A stretch of DNA of 64,000 bases from Candidatus Thorarchaeota archaeon. Its GTDB lineage: Archaea; Asgardarchaeota; Thorarchaeia; Thorarchaeales; Thorarchaeaceae. Positions within the stretch are counted from its first letter, which is position 1. Every line of letters starts with the position of its first letter. Below the pieces are notes generated by a model that saw nothing but the letters and a program-made list of their open reading frames with translations, searched no databases and was not told the DNA's origin. Location of the stretch: positions 1 through 64,000 of the forward strand of contig JBHLRS010000001.1 in assembly GCA_048882325.1 (NCBI GenBank), in the 5' to 3' direction. The translations under genes and the position numbers were made by a program. This document shows positions 30,905-41,375 of this stretch, piece after piece.

Positions 30905-31024
30905 GCTGATACAGCTCTAGTGGATCTGGCTTTTGAGGCTGTTTCCTTCTCTAATTTGGTCCATATAATTAACTCGGAGTTTCGTTAGATTTACTAACAG
31001 TTGCCCTCAGGGCTAGATTTATTG

Positions 31025-32878
31025 ATGGGTCTCTCTCGACAACGAGTTATGAAACGACTGTTCATATTAGCTATGATACTATTTTCATTGACATGTACAC
31101 CTATTGCTAGCTCTAAGGCAGTCGTTTACGATCCCATTTTCCAAAGCGCTGAACCATCTATATCTAATCCGTTTAGGATATACGGCGAGAATGTGGCTGG
31201 TGAAGTTTATGGATATACATCACAGACATCCTACATGGATTTCATAGATACACTCACAGCCAATGGATCTCGTTACATAATGACCGCTGCTCGACTCATT
31301 GGAAATAATGGCGATGCTCGAGAGTGGATTATTGATCAGCTCACAACAATTTCTGATGGACGAATCGAAATTGAGCTTGTTGGGAATTATATGAATGTGA
31401 TTGGTCGACTTCCCGGTTATCTCCCCGGTAACCTTCCTGGTTTCGTCATCACTGCGAATTATGATAGTCCTGACGACTCGCCCGGTGCGAATGACAACGG
31501 ATCCGGGATGGGTGTCCTTCTCGAGCTCGCAAGGGTCATGTCCCAATATGAGTGGCCTCTTGACATCTACTTCTGCGCATTCAATGGTGCAAACTCCTTG
31601 AACCCTCTTTCAGGTAGTAGTGAAATTTCTCTTGTGGCTTTCAATGAGGGAATGGAGTGGTTAGCTCTTTACAATATTGATACTATTCTCTATCAGGATC
31701 GATACGCGGACCTGGACAAACGCATACATCTCGGATACGTGTCCTCCGCACCTTATCACACAGGTCAATACTGGGCTGACTTGGCAAAGATGGCTGGAAG
31801 TTTCTGGGGGTACAATATCATTGCTCCTACACCTCACGTTGCTATTCCCATCTGGGAATCCTCAGACCATTACCCATTCTACCAAAAGGGCTATGAGAAT
31901 GTCTTCTGTGCTTTTGAAACTGGATACATGTACGACGGTCTCTCAGGCACAAGTGCCGACACGATCGACCAACGTCGCTTCTCATTCTATCTAGGTCGTG
32001 AGATGACTGGTATACTTGCAGCCACCATGGCATTCACAATGAGTCGCGCCTATGGTGAAACAGTTCACCTATATCCTGATGGAATCCTCTCACCTGGCAA
32101 TACCAGGGTCTATCACATCGCGATGACAACATCTACGATAATGAACATCACAAGTCGTTGGTACGGAGGGGGCGTGGCATTTCGACTCTACCAGCCTAAT
32201 GACATCCTTCTGGACTCAGCAATATATCCCAGCGCCTCTCCTTGGGAACCTAGTCTTGCTCTATCCACCAGCATCACTAGTCCTGGTCTTTACCGCTTGG
32301 AAATTGACAATATGAATTCTGAATCAATCGGTTTCGAAGCAGAGATTGTCTATGAATCCGATATGGATAACAATGGTGTTTTAGACGATGAAGAGTACTG
32401 GCTTGATTCTTCACTTTTTGAGATTGACTCTGATTCGGATTCACTGAGTGATGCAATGGAGATTGTCTTGGGTACAGATAGTAACGAGATAGATTCAGAC
32501 TCTGATTCTATGCCAGATGGGTGGGAATACGATCAAGGTTTTGATCCGACTGACCCCTCTGATGCCGCTGATGACGAAGATCAGGATGGACTTAGTAATG
32601 CACAAGAATATAGTGGCGGTCTAAACCCTTTGTCAGCAGATTCTGATAATGACTCTCTACCGGATCTTTGGGAGCTAGAGAATGGGCTCGATCCTTTGGT
32701 TCCTGATGCTGAACTCGATCCTGATGGGGACGGTCGAACAAACCTCGAAGAGTATGAGGCTGGAACCAATCCGCAGTTGGTAGAGACCGAACCCCTCAAC
32801 CTCACATGGACTATAATTCCTTTTGGAGCGATAATCCTTGTTTGTATGGCAGTATGGGGTTATCGAAAGTATTCGTAA
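31025..32878 (+). CDS. Membrane-anchored M28 peptidase-like protein (probably inactive) with Ca-binding DxDxDG repeats
   Basis: Signal peptide; PGANDNGSG and SDHYPF present but ANYDS and GAN replace AHxDS and GEE; DSDSDS and DPDGDG repeats; C-terminal TM. Confidence 0.85.
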   Translation: MGLSRQRVMKRLFILAMILFSLTCTPIASSKAVVYDPIFQSAEPSISNPFRIYGENVAGEVYGYTSQTSYMDFIDTLTANGSRYIMTAARLIGNNGDAREWIIDQLTTISDGRIEIELVGNYMNVIGRLPGYLPGNLPGFVITANYDSPDDSPGANDNGSGMGVLLELARVMSQYEWPLDIYFCAFNGANSLNPLSGSSEISLVAFNEGMEWLALYNIDTILYQDRYADLDKRIHLGYVSSAPYHTGQYWADLAKMAGSFWGYNIIAPTPHVAIPIWESSDHYPFYQKGYENVFCAFETGYMYDGLSGTSADTIDQRRFSFYLGREMTGILAATMAFTMSRAYGETVHLYPDGILSPGNTRVYHIAMTTSTIMNITSRWYGGGVAFRLYQPNDILLDSAIYPSASPWEPSLALSTSITSPGLYRLEIDNMNSESIGFEAEIVYESDMDNNGVLDDEEYWLDSSLFEIDSDSDSLSDAMEIVLGTDSNEIDSDSDSMPDGWEYDQGFDPTDPSDAADDEDQDGLSNAQEYSGGLNPLSADSDNDSLPDLWELENGLDPLVPDAELDPDGDGRTNLEEYEAGTNPQLVETEPLNLTWTIIPFGAIILVCMAVWGYRKYS

Positions 32879-32976
32879 GTAATTTTGTGCTTTTGCACGC
32901 AGAAGTAAATCGTAAATATAGCACAGAGCGATTACTCACTAGGGCATCGCGACGATTCGCGAGGAGAGAGTTTCAT

Positions 32977-33669
32977 ATGCCAACATTATACTCGTTAACA
33001 TACGACCTTCTAGAGAATCAGGAGAAATACGGAGATTTCTTGAAGTCGATTAAGAACTTGGAAAAGAAAGTCAAAATGGCTGAACCTTACGTAGTACAAG
33101 CTGTTGAGCGGCTCCAAAAGTTTCTTTCGACTATAAAGGAAGCAAAGCAAGCACGGATTCAGCAGGAGCTTCAAAGTATTTTAGATGATGAGATGTTCAA
33201 AAGAGGTGCAAGTGTAATTGAATTCTCTAAAGGTGTTACTATCGGAAAGACGCTAAAGGTAGAAAATACGAAGCAATTAGCATTCTTCCAGAAAGAAAAA
33301 CAGACCTTGAGGACTCTAAAGAGATATACAATAGACTCAGTTAAGGAAATCCCTGTGCGAGATGGTCCTGATAAAAAGATATGTAGAATTATTGAAGCAA
33401 CAAGGAAGACCAAAGAGCGATTCACATTTTATGATTATCTTGACTCATCGACTTGGACAGAAGAGGTTGAACACCACAGAACATTGGACGATATCAATGA
33501 TCTCTTTCCTGTGAAGGGAATTTCAATCCTAGAGGGGAGAGTCATTTTAGGGAATAAGGATTATGCACTAGATATCACCGAGTCTGTACGACAAAAAGCA
33601 AAGGAATCATACAAGAAACTCCTGAAGGTCGAGGGCAAATTCATCGGAAAAAGGGGGAAAAGTGAATGA
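32977..33669 (+). CDS. Lys-rich hypothetical protein
   Basis: GAGGAG RBS; ATGA overlap with the next gene. Confidence 0.7.
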   Translation: MPTLYSLTYDLLENQEKYGDFLKSIKNLEKKVKMAEPYVVQAVERLQKFLSTIKEAKQARIQQELQSILDDEMFKRGASVIEFSKGVTIGKTLKVENTKQLAFFQKEKQTLRTLKRYTIDSVKEIPVRDGPDKKICRIIEATRKTKERFTFYDYLDSSTWTEEVEHHRTLDDINDLFPVKGISILEGRVILGNKDYALDITESVRQKAKESYKKLLKVEGKFIGKRGKSE

Positions 33670-34583
33670 GCGATGATATTACACCTGCTATCGATTCTCT
33701 CTTGGTTTTCATTCTCAAAGTCGGTGATGGCGACAGCATTATTGTGCAACTCCCTAACCCAGACACCAACGGTCACATGGTTATCGATTGTAAAAGGGCA
33801 AAAGACACTACGGATTGGTTACGTGCCATCAATGCAAGTAGACTCGCTTTAGTGGTCGCGACCCATCCGCATTATGATCACATTGCTGGCTTAGAAAGTG
33901 TCATTGGGATGTACTCTGGAAAGATAGACCAGTTTTGGGATAGTGGTTTCAGACACACCTCAGTGACTTGGGATAATCTGACAGAAGAGGTAAACAAGTC
34001 CCAGGCACTGTTTCTGCGACCTACATCTGGAATGTATATCACATTTGCTGACGTGAAAGTGACAGTTCTCGCTCCCTCAATATATCTACGGAACCGGTAT
34101 GACTCCTACGGAGTGAACATCAATAACGCATCAATCGTCTTGAAACTGGAATATGGCGGGAAATCAATCATCCTTGCTGGAGACGCACAATGGGATAGTT
34201 GGAGCAAGATGGTAGAGGAATTCCCACGCTATGAGAAGACAGAGAATCCTGACCAACATGTGCAGATTGACAAATCTCATAATCCGCTGAGATGTAATGT
34301 CCTGAAGGTTGCACATCATGGAAGCAAACACGGAACTGCGCTCGAACCACTCGAGGTCCTAAATCCCAAATATGCCATCATCACTCACGCTCAAAATAGC
34401 AGGTATGAATTCCCACATCATATTACCAGCATGACCTTAGAAGAGATTGATACTAGTGTGTTATCTACAGCAATTTGTGGTAATATCATGGTTGAGATTA
34501 CTAAAAGTGGTACATTGAATGTCTATGAAGATGTAAGTGTAAATCAACAGGATTCCAATAAGTTTCAAGGGCGAGTACGCTAG
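33666..34583 (+). CDS. ComEC/Rec2-like MBL-fold metallohydrolase (soluble)
   Basis: VGDGDS, THPHYDHIAG, NNASIV, GDA, KVAHHGS. Confidence 0.88.
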   Translation: MSDDITPAIDSLLVFILKVGDGDSIIVQLPNPDTNGHMVIDCKRAKDTTDWLRAINASRLALVVATHPHYDHIAGLESVIGMYSGKIDQFWDSGFRHTSVTWDNLTEEVNKSQALFLRPTSGMYITFADVKVTVLAPSIYLRNRYDSYGVNINNASIVLKLEYGGKSIILAGDAQWDSWSKMVEEFPRYEKTENPDQHVQIDKSHNPLRCNVLKVAHHGSKHGTALEPLEVLNPKYAIITHAQNSRYEFPHHITSMTLEEIDTSVLSTAICGNIMVEITKSGTLNVYEDVSVNQQDSNKFQGRVR

Positions 34584-35256
34584 GTTGGTATTTGCGAATG
34601 CTTCTTAGGGATGAGTCTGGGAGTTACCCATTGTTGTCTTCTTCGATTTACTACCTCGAAAGAATCTGTGAGTTCATTCAAGGTCATCGATGAAGAATGA
34701 TAACGGAAGTGTGGTTGGTTGCCTTTATGCTTTGATTGGTGGTTTGTTAAAAGGGTATCAATCTGGTGAGTCTTATCTATGCAATGATGATTATGAGCTT
34801 ATGTTCTCTATCACTTCGCATAAATCTAAGAAAGGTAGTCTCCGTACTGTGGTCGATAGAGTGGCAGGGACTAGTTCTTACTTGGTGTCACATTACACAG
34901 CTCCCCCCGTCCTGGTTCTACCACATACATTGCTCTGCTGAACCTTCGACCACACCTATTCTGCTGGAAAAGGAAGGCTGATAGAGCAGTTAGTAATCAG
35001 TGTCTATCTGTTCATTCACACAAACAGTAAATGCAAACTATGCAGCATAATCGACGTGTGTGTAGCTCTGATTGTCACAGGTAAGAAAGCGTGGTCTGCG
35101 AGGGGTTGCATACACACCTCTAACTACAGTTTCTCGGTCAGTCCATCAAGACAATATACTCACCGATTGCTTCCACAGCTGATCCTCTTCTGGACTACTC
35201 CCACGAAACTTGCGAGTCAATCAGTGGAACACTTGTTTCTTGAAAAAGAGAAATGT

Positions 35257-35277
35257 GTGGACGGCACAACCGTCCAC
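35257..35277 (-). terminator. Hairpin plus U-tract after the SPFH gene
   Basis: GTGGACGG/CCGTCCAC 8-bp stem, followed on the minus strand by TTTCTCTTTTT. Confidence 0.65.
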
Positions 35278-35288
35278 TTACAATTTGT

Positions 35289-36173
35289 CTATCCTACTTT
35301 TGAACCACAGTTGGGACAGAACTTTGCACCTTCCAGTGCAGTTCCACAATTAGCGCAGAACTTGGCACCAGCAGGGGTTCCAGCTGGGCCACCCTGACCC
35401 TGTCCACCTTGCATCATGCCTGCAGCGGCACCCATGAATCCCATACCAGCTCCAAAGCCAGCACCTGGACTTCTACCTAGTGATTCTGCAGAGTCTTTGA
35501 CTGTTTCAGCGCCCATGACTTGCTGTCCACTGACGCCACCTGTCTTCAGCCAGAATAATCTCTCTCTGTACTTCTCTGTGGTATCGATTCCTTCAAACTT
35601 CAGGTCCACTAGTTCTAGACCAATCCTCTCAAAGTTCATGCGAACCTTGGTCTTTACCTTGAGAGAGGTCTCATCTAGTTGTGTGAAGACTGCCTGTAGA
35701 TCATAATGAGCGAACTCGTCAATGATACGCTCGTTCATGAATGAGCGTAGGAAATCGTTTACCTTCTTGGTTGAGAAGGCATTTTGATTACTGACTACTT
35801 CATTAGTGAAGATCTTTGGCTCTTTAACTCTGAACCAGAAGTTTCCATGGAACATTAACGGGGCTAAGTCACTTGTCTGACCTCTTCCTCCGAACTTACC
35901 TTGAAACTGTGAGCGGGAGATGAAAATGCAAGTGGCTTCAAAGACATCGCCCTTGACCTTCTTCTGCAACCAACCCACGAGGCCAGGCATACTGCTCGTG
36001 GTCAACTTGTGACGGCCAGCAAGGAAAGTATCCAGAGCCTTACCATCCCTGTAGAAGATAGCGGCCTGGTTTTCCATAACAATTAGCTGTGATCCCCATC
36101 TAATCCTATTATCTGGATAACGCCAAACAATGTGATCCGGACTGGCGTTAGTCCACTCTATCGCGTCGGCCAT
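35289..36173 (-). CDS. SPFH/Band-7 domain protein (YdjI-like) with C-terminal zinc ribbon
   Basis: IVWRYP...GSQLIVMENQAAIFYRDGK; GAGFGAGMG; FCANCG..FCPNCG. Confidence 0.9.
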   Translation of the reverse strand: MADAIEWTNASPDHIVWRYPDNRIRWGSQLIVMENQAAIFYRDGKALDTFLAGRHKLTTSSMPGLVGWLQKKVKGDVFEATCIFISRSQFQGKFGGRGQTSDLAPLMFHGNFWFRVKEPKIFTNEVVSNQNAFSTKKVNDFLRSFMNERIIDEFAHYDLQAVFTQLDETSLKVKTKVRMNFERIGLELVDLKFEGIDTTEKYRERLFWLKTGGVSGQQVMGAETVKDSAESLGRSPGAGFGAGMGFMGAAAGMMQGGQGQGGPAGTPAGAKFCANCGTALEGAKFCPNCGSKVG

Positions 36174-36419
36174 GATTCATCGACTCGTAATGTTGTATCG
36201 AGTTCTGTTTTGGATAGAGTTCTCATATGTTTTAAACATTGACATGGTATGTTCCGTAAGCCAATTTCTGTTTTGCAAACTCATTCTCTGCCTGTACTAA
36301 CGAGGATATATTGTAACACGTCATAATGGTGAAACTGACAGGTGAAACAATAAAAAGGTCGTACTTTTGCTCCTAAGCGTTTAGTTATATGAGACCTGAT
36401 AAATTCCAATGTGTGAGTT

Positions 36420-36854
36420 TTGATGAATGAGGAATCGAGCAAAACCGTTAAACATAGATCTCGACCCTTCAATCCCCTTGCTACTTATGCGATTTACACT
36501 GGACTAGTACTAGTTGGTTACATCCTCTTCTGGCTTTTCCATTATCCTGCCTTGATTGCATTCACCATGTTCTTTGTCATCATTCTGATTAGAGACACAT
36601 TTCATGTAGTGAAAACATACGAACTTCCATTTGCTAGAAAGGCTGCAGTAATTAACCTCTGCTACTCACTCACCTTCTTTGTAGTTCTTGTGGTCAACGG
36701 TACGGCACTTAGTCAGGGACTACCTCCTCCCATTTGGCCGGAATTCACTGAACTTGCTTCTTGGTCGCCAATGTTCATTCTTGGTGGCGTTTTTGGAATG
36801 GCAAACATCAAGCGCATGTATGGACCAAGGAAGACTGGTTTTCAATATCCCTGA
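36420..36854 (+). CDS. Hypothetical membrane protein
   Basis: About four hydrophobic segments. Confidence 0.65.
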   Translation: MMNEESSKTVKHRSRPFNPLATYAIYTGLVLVGYILFWLFHYPALIAFTMFFVIILIRDTFHVVKTYELPFARKAAVINLCYSLTFFVVLVVNGTALSQGLPPPIWPEFTELASWSPMFILGGVFGMANIKRMYGPRKTGFQYP

Positions 36855-36856
36855 GG

Positions 36857-37612
36857 TCATAGCTCGAGAACCATCATATCCTCACCCATCACAACCTCTG
36901 CATTTGTCCGTCTACTAATTATATCTATGACCTTGTTCTTTTTTGCTACAACCTCTGGTGAAACATGAGTCATCACTAGTTTCGATGGGTCTGCTTCTTC
37001 AACGATATTTGCAAGCTCACTTGGGCTTGTGTGTACACCCTCTGGATGCGGTCCATCTAGCCAGTTGCACTCATGGACAAGCACATCCGTACCTTTTGCT
37101 AGGTCAATGACTTCCCTGCAAGGTGAAGTATCTGACGAGAATGTTAAACTCTTCCCATTATACTCAACCTTGAAAGCTCTAGTGTCATACTTGCTATGAA
37201 GCGTAGGTGAAGATACAATCGTGAGATTCCCAATAGGTATTACTTGATTTTCCTGAAGTGCAGTCGTTTCAATGCCAATTTTATCCCGGAGATATTTGAA
37301 AGCTATATCATTGACTCCCCTTGACCATTCCCTCACAGTGGGAGGTGCAAATAGCTTCAAGGTCTTGTCATAACCGGACAACCAAAGACTCTGATACAGG
37401 GGTAGGAAATCTGAGCAATGGTCAATGTGAAAGTGACTGATGAACACTGCATTCAACGTCTTGATATCAATCTCAAGCTGAGTAAGTCGATGGAGAACAC
37501 CTGATCCAATGTCAAGTAAAATACGATTGTTTCCGTCTTCGACCAGAATTCCGGACTGAACCCGATTAGGATCTGGAACAGATGTGCCAGTTCCCAATAA
37601 GACAACTCTCAT
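36857..37612 (-). CDS. MBL-fold hydrolase, RNase Z/BN-like
   Basis: LGTG, SHFHIDH, SDT, HEC, HTS, THV. Confidence 0.88.
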   Translation of the reverse strand: MRVVLLGTGTSVPDPNRVQSGILVEDGNNRILLDIGSGVLHRLTQLEIDIKTLNAVFISHFHIDHCSDFLPLYQSLWLSGYDKTLKLFAPPTVREWSRGVNDIAFKYLRDKIGIETTALQENQVIPIGNLTIVSSPTLHSKYDTRAFKVEYNGKSLTFSSDTSPCREVIDLAKGTDVLVHECNWLDGPHPEGVHTSPSELANIVEEADPSKLVMTHVSPEVVAKKNKVIDIISRRTNAEVVMGEDMMVLEL

Positions 37613-37670
37613 TGCAATCAGTCAAATCTGCTGCTCCCCTTGTATTCAGTCTTCCTTTCTAACACAGGTC

Positions 37671-38054
37671 CTAGAAATCGTAATGCGTGCTCTTTGGCTT
37701 GATTACATAGGTAAAAGCGTTGACCATCAACCTGAGGTCTCTGATTATCTTTCGGTGATCGATTTCAGGAGAACGAAGTCTTCGACTGATTTCTGGACAA
37801 GACACAGCGCGTGCTGTTCTGAGTAAGGGAAGACAATCAACTTGAATATCTCCATTCTCTACACCGTTCCAGATTTCCTCGAGAGCCTCGACGACATTTT
37901 CATGCTGTTTAATGAGAAGGTTCCTGTCGATTCTATTACCAGCATCTTCCATAACAAGCCCAGTCATGCTCTTGGCTTCTGTCACAAAACGAGAACTCAG
38001 ATTCTCACCTGATTTGGTTGACCGATGCAATTCTTCACTGAATCGGTGGTCCAC
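37671..38054 (-). CDS. Hypothetical protein
   Basis: ORF fills the gap and is co-oriented with neighbours; start uncertain. Confidence 0.5.
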   Translation of the reverse strand: MDHRFSEELHRSTKSGENLSSRFVTEAKSMTGLVMEDAGNRIDRNLLIKQHENVVEALEEIWNGVENGDIQVDCLPLLRTARAVSCPEISRRLRSPEIDHRKIIRDLRLMVNAFTYVIKPKSTHYDF

Positions 38055-38175
38055 TCCCGGTCACTAGAAAATAACACTGTAAAGCACTATATATTTCCCT
38101 CTTTTTCCAAGGTTGCAATATCAATAAGATAATCCGATAAATATCAGCAATTGTCAATCGGGACAAAGAAAAGGT

Positions 38176-38220
38176 GAGCCAGAGCAGATGAACTCGGACC
38201 ATTTCTCTCTACTCTGACTC
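38176..38220 (-). terminator. 13-bp hairpin plus U-tract after the VIT-vWA gene
   Basis: Minus-strand GAGUCAGAGUAGA/UCUGCUCUGGCUC pairs fully with two G-U, then ACCUUUUCUUUG. Confidence 0.7.
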
Positions 38221-38232
38221 GATGTGTGGGTT

Positions 38233-40164
38233 TTATCCCCTCCTATTTCGTGAGATAAGGAGAACAATTCCAACGAATAGTCCAACAAATCCAAATATAC
38301 CAACAGAGCCTACAAGGAGCGAATCAAATGCTGCTGGCGGAGCTGGATAAGTTGCAGGCAAGGTTGTTGGCTGCGTAGCAGTGGTGGTGCAGGTGTAAGT
38401 TGTAGCTGCATATGCTTCTTCAGTTGATGATGATTCATATGCTGTAAGCGCTATGGCTGTGTATCCACCAATTGCAATCCCGTATTGCATGCCAACACCA
38501 ACGATCATCTCCCTAAGAGTTTCGTTCTCTCCATAGAGCTGTACTTGTTTAAGTAAGAAGTTGATTCTTTGTTGAGCCCAGATGAGTTCCACATGTTCAA
38601 ACTCATCTGTCCCCTCTCCCACAGTGTCTGTGTATGTTTCAGTTCCTGTGACATAATCAATCGACGTTGTGACGGTCATTCCTTCATGATATCTTCCAGA
38701 TACTAGAATTTCTGTACCATTGAAGAAAGCTGTTTCGCCTAGGGACGATAGCGAGATGACCTCTATAGCTCCACTAAAGCCAATCTCATAGTTTTCAGCA
38801 ACTGGCGTTGAAAATGTTGCATAGAAATCAAGTAATTCCGTGCTTGCATCTTCATCAGGCTCAATGAAGACAAAGAACCCATCATTTTGCGCAGCGATAT
38901 TCGCCATTAGGTTCTCGTCAGCGTCTGACCCGAAAGCAACCGTAGCTATTGACACACCAAGAGTGTTTGCCTCATTGATAGCTTGCAGAATGCCATTTGA
39001 ATCTGTTATAGAACCTGCAGTTGGAAGTCCATCAGAGAGCATTAACATGGCTTTTGCATTTGCTCCGTCTGTGAAAGTTTCAAGCCCACGGATCGCTGCA
39101 CCATGGAAGTTAGTTGAACCTCCTGCATCGATCAAGTCTATCCAAGTTTGAGCAGCCTCAATGTTGGCTTCAGAGCCCGAATGAGGTTCATCCCACAGTG
39201 TAAGAATCTGGTTATCAAATGCAATAACACTGAAAATGTCTATTGAACGCAGTCCACCAATCATAGTTCTAAATGCGAGCTTTGCCTGCTGAATCTTTGT
39301 TCCGCTCATCGAGCCTGATCTATCTAACACGAAGACGAATTGTCTTGGCGCACTTTCTACATCCTCAACTATGCTAGGTGCGAGTAGATACACAAAGAAA
39401 TTGTCAGTGCCATTATTGTGCGTTAGGAGCTGAGCCCCTGCAGTCTGTCTATCTAGAGTGTATGTTACACGTATCAATTCCTCCAGTGTCAATGAATCCG
39501 TTTCATATTGCAGATGAATTCCATCTGTAATGTCAGTGACTTGCAGACTCGGGAGTCCGTGAACGGAATATCCCATGACTGGTTCGAAGTTTGATATTAC
39601 TCTGAGATCAAAAGCAAATCCAGTATTCTCAATGCCTGTTCGACCAACTGGAAGTGCCAGAGAATACAGTCCTGAATGTCGAGTCAGCAATCCTTCCACG
39701 AAGATTCTGAGGAGTGCTGTAGCACCAGCTTCGACATTCATTCTTAGGTTGTATCCATCATACAACCTTTGAACTAGAACTGCACTTTTTCCCGCCTCAA
39801 CGCTGTCATTATAGATTCTTACAGCCTCGACTTCGGGGTGTACTCGGCCCCAATACGTTTTGCCATTCAACTCGACAGATATGTTACTTAATCGAAGGCC
39901 TTCCTGAAGTCCAAGAAACCATTCGATCTCTGAAGCCAGAGATGCAGCTTGATTGTCGTAGAAAACACAGTAGCTAATGTTCACGAAATTATCCACAATG
40001 CTTCCTTGAATAGAAACCTCAAATGGTTCAAGCTTCTCATCAGCCAATATCACCTTCGACGGATTTGACTGTAATTCAAATATCACTTGGTTTTGGAGCA
40101 GTGATCCTCCTAGAAGTACTGCTATAATACCGACTAGTATTGCCACGCGATCTCGTTCAGTCAC
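38233..40164 (-). CDS. Membrane-anchored VIT plus vWA domain protein
   Basis: VIT-like N-terminus (A...Y...V..GKSA.L); MIDAS DRSGS, GGSTN, LSDG; Thr-rich linker and C-terminal TM; GGAGTGG RBS before GTG 40164. Confidence 0.85.
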   Translation of the reverse strand: MTERDRVAILVGIIAVLLGGSLLQNQVIFELQSNPSKVILADEKLEPFEVSIQGSIVDNFVNISYCVFYDNQAASLASEIEWFLGLQEGLRLSNISVELNGKTYWGRVHPEVEAVRIYNDSVEAGKSAVLVQRLYDGYNLRMNVEAGATALLRIFVEGLLTRHSGLYSLALPVGRTGIENTGFAFDLRVISNFEPVMGYSVHGLPSLQVTDITDGIHLQYETDSLTLEELIRVTYTLDRQTAGAQLLTHNNGTDNFFVYLLAPSIVEDVESAPRQFVFVLDRSGSMSGTKIQQAKLAFRTMIGGLRSIDIFSVIAFDNQILTLWDEPHSGSEANIEAAQTWIDLIDAGGSTNFHGAAIRGLETFTDGANAKAMLMLSDGLPTAGSITDSNGILQAINEANTLGVSIATVAFGSDADENLMANIAAQNDGFFVFIEPDEDASTELLDFYATFSTPVAENYEIGFSGAIEVISLSSLGETAFFNGTEILVSGRYHEGMTVTTSIDYVTGTETYTDTVGEGTDEFEHVELIWAQQRINFLLKQVQLYGENETLREMIVGVGMQYGIAIGGYTAIALTAYESSSTEEAYAATTYTCTTTATQPTTLPATYPAPPAAFDSLLVGSVGIFGFVGLFVGIVLLISRNRRG

Positions 40165-40482
40165 GCAATCCACTCCCATCAACGGTTGGGATAGCTTGCA
40201 TAAACCTCCGCCTGTGCTCCTCGATACACATGATGAATGATATTCATTCACTCAACTACCCGATATCAGAATGGTATGCTTTCATGAAACATAGGTCTAA
40301 TCATTGAACAAATCGTTCTACAAGTCGAACGGCGCCAAAAGCTCATGATTTAACGAGTAAAAAACCGAGTTTCGCGTTGAAAAGTCGGCATTTGTCGAAT
40401 TCTTTTTTTCAAAAACAACACCGATTTATACTACTTCGTGGCACTTTATGCTACTGCGTGAGCCTTCGGGCTAAGGAGTGAA

Positions 40483-41313
40483 ATGAGCTTGAGTGAACCG
40501 TATGATTTCAAGACTCTAATTCAATACCTAAGCGCTATAGCATTGGCAATATTCTTCTTGATGTACATGCCATGGACATATTTGTCTTCAGCTGTACTTG
40601 ACAATGCCGCACTGACTTGGGTATACTACTTTACTCTAGTAATCGGACTTCTGTTCCCGATGTACTATGCTATTGGAGAGGAGAACACTGCTTGGTTATG
40701 TTTGGGTCTATCCTTGATAATTAACGCTGTTATCTGGATGGCTTTACCGAGTGCAAATATAGTTGCAGCATTCCTTGTTTTATTAGCTGGTTTGCTGTTC
40801 TTCCTTGCACCTTTTCTGGAAAACAGAATGGGTAATTGGGACCTTATAAAGAACGTATTCCATTTCCTGAAAGGTCTGTTTCTGGTGCTCGCTGTGGCGA
40901 TACAGGCAGAGTTCCTGCTAGATGACATGATCGGCGATACTAGTGCTAATCATTTCATGCCTCAATTCATCTACATGGGTGGAGGTATCATGATTGCATT
41001 TGCCTTTGTCCTCATGTGCTATGGTCTCTTCAACATCCTCAAGATGTACACGGGCGACACTATTGGTGGATTCTTCGGGAGTCTGGCCAAGATATTCTAC
41101 ATGCTTATGGTCCTCGTGTTCCTACTAGGTATTCTCTTCAATGTGACCTACTACATTGGGGCAGGTTTGAACTGGACGCCGACGGGAACATCAGCGTCAA
41201 TTGCCTTCTTTGCGGGACTAAACACATTGGCAGACTCAAACCTGACAGCTATCCTGATGTTAATCCTGTTCATCTATGGTATGGGCAAGATTGCTAAGAA
41301 GTTCGAACAGTAG
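40483..41313 (+). CDS. Polytopic membrane protein of unknown function (about 8 TM)
   Basis: AGGAGTGA RBS; hydrophobic segments; followed by a terminator. Confidence 0.8.
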   Translation: MSLSEPYDFKTLIQYLSAIALAIFFLMYMPWTYLSSAVLDNAALTWVYYFTLVIGLLFPMYYAIGEENTAWLCLGLSLIINAVIWMALPSANIVAAFLVLLAGLLFFLAPFLENRMGNWDLIKNVFHFLKGLFLVLAVAIQAEFLLDDMIGDTSANHFMPQFIYMGGGIMIAFAFVLMCYGLFNILKMYTGDTIGGFFGSLAKIFYMLMVLVFLLGILFNVTYYIGAGLNWTPTGTSASIAFFAGLNTLADSNLTAILMLILFIYGMGKIAKKFEQ

Positions 41314-41324
41314 TTTTGGATTAT

Positions 41325-41365
41325 GGAAAAGGAGGTTCTCCTTCTTTTCCTTTCTCTTTCTTTTG
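41325..41365 (+). terminator. Hairpin plus pyrimidine tract
   Basis: GGAAAAGGAGG/CCTTCTTTTCC stem with one G-U, then TTTCTCTTTCTTTT. Confidence 0.6.
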
Positions 41366-41375
41366 ACTCTGCAAA

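Noticed and set aside
32360-32770. Repetitive GAT/TCT/GAC-rich DNA as a possible CRISPR or tandem repeat
   Set aside because: Encodes Asp-rich Ca-binding peptide repeats; no constant repeat-spacer structure
34690-35397. Short ORFs 34690-34941, 34766-34981 and 35056-35397
   Set aside because: No motifs and composition unlike proteins; the last is antisense to the SPFH gene
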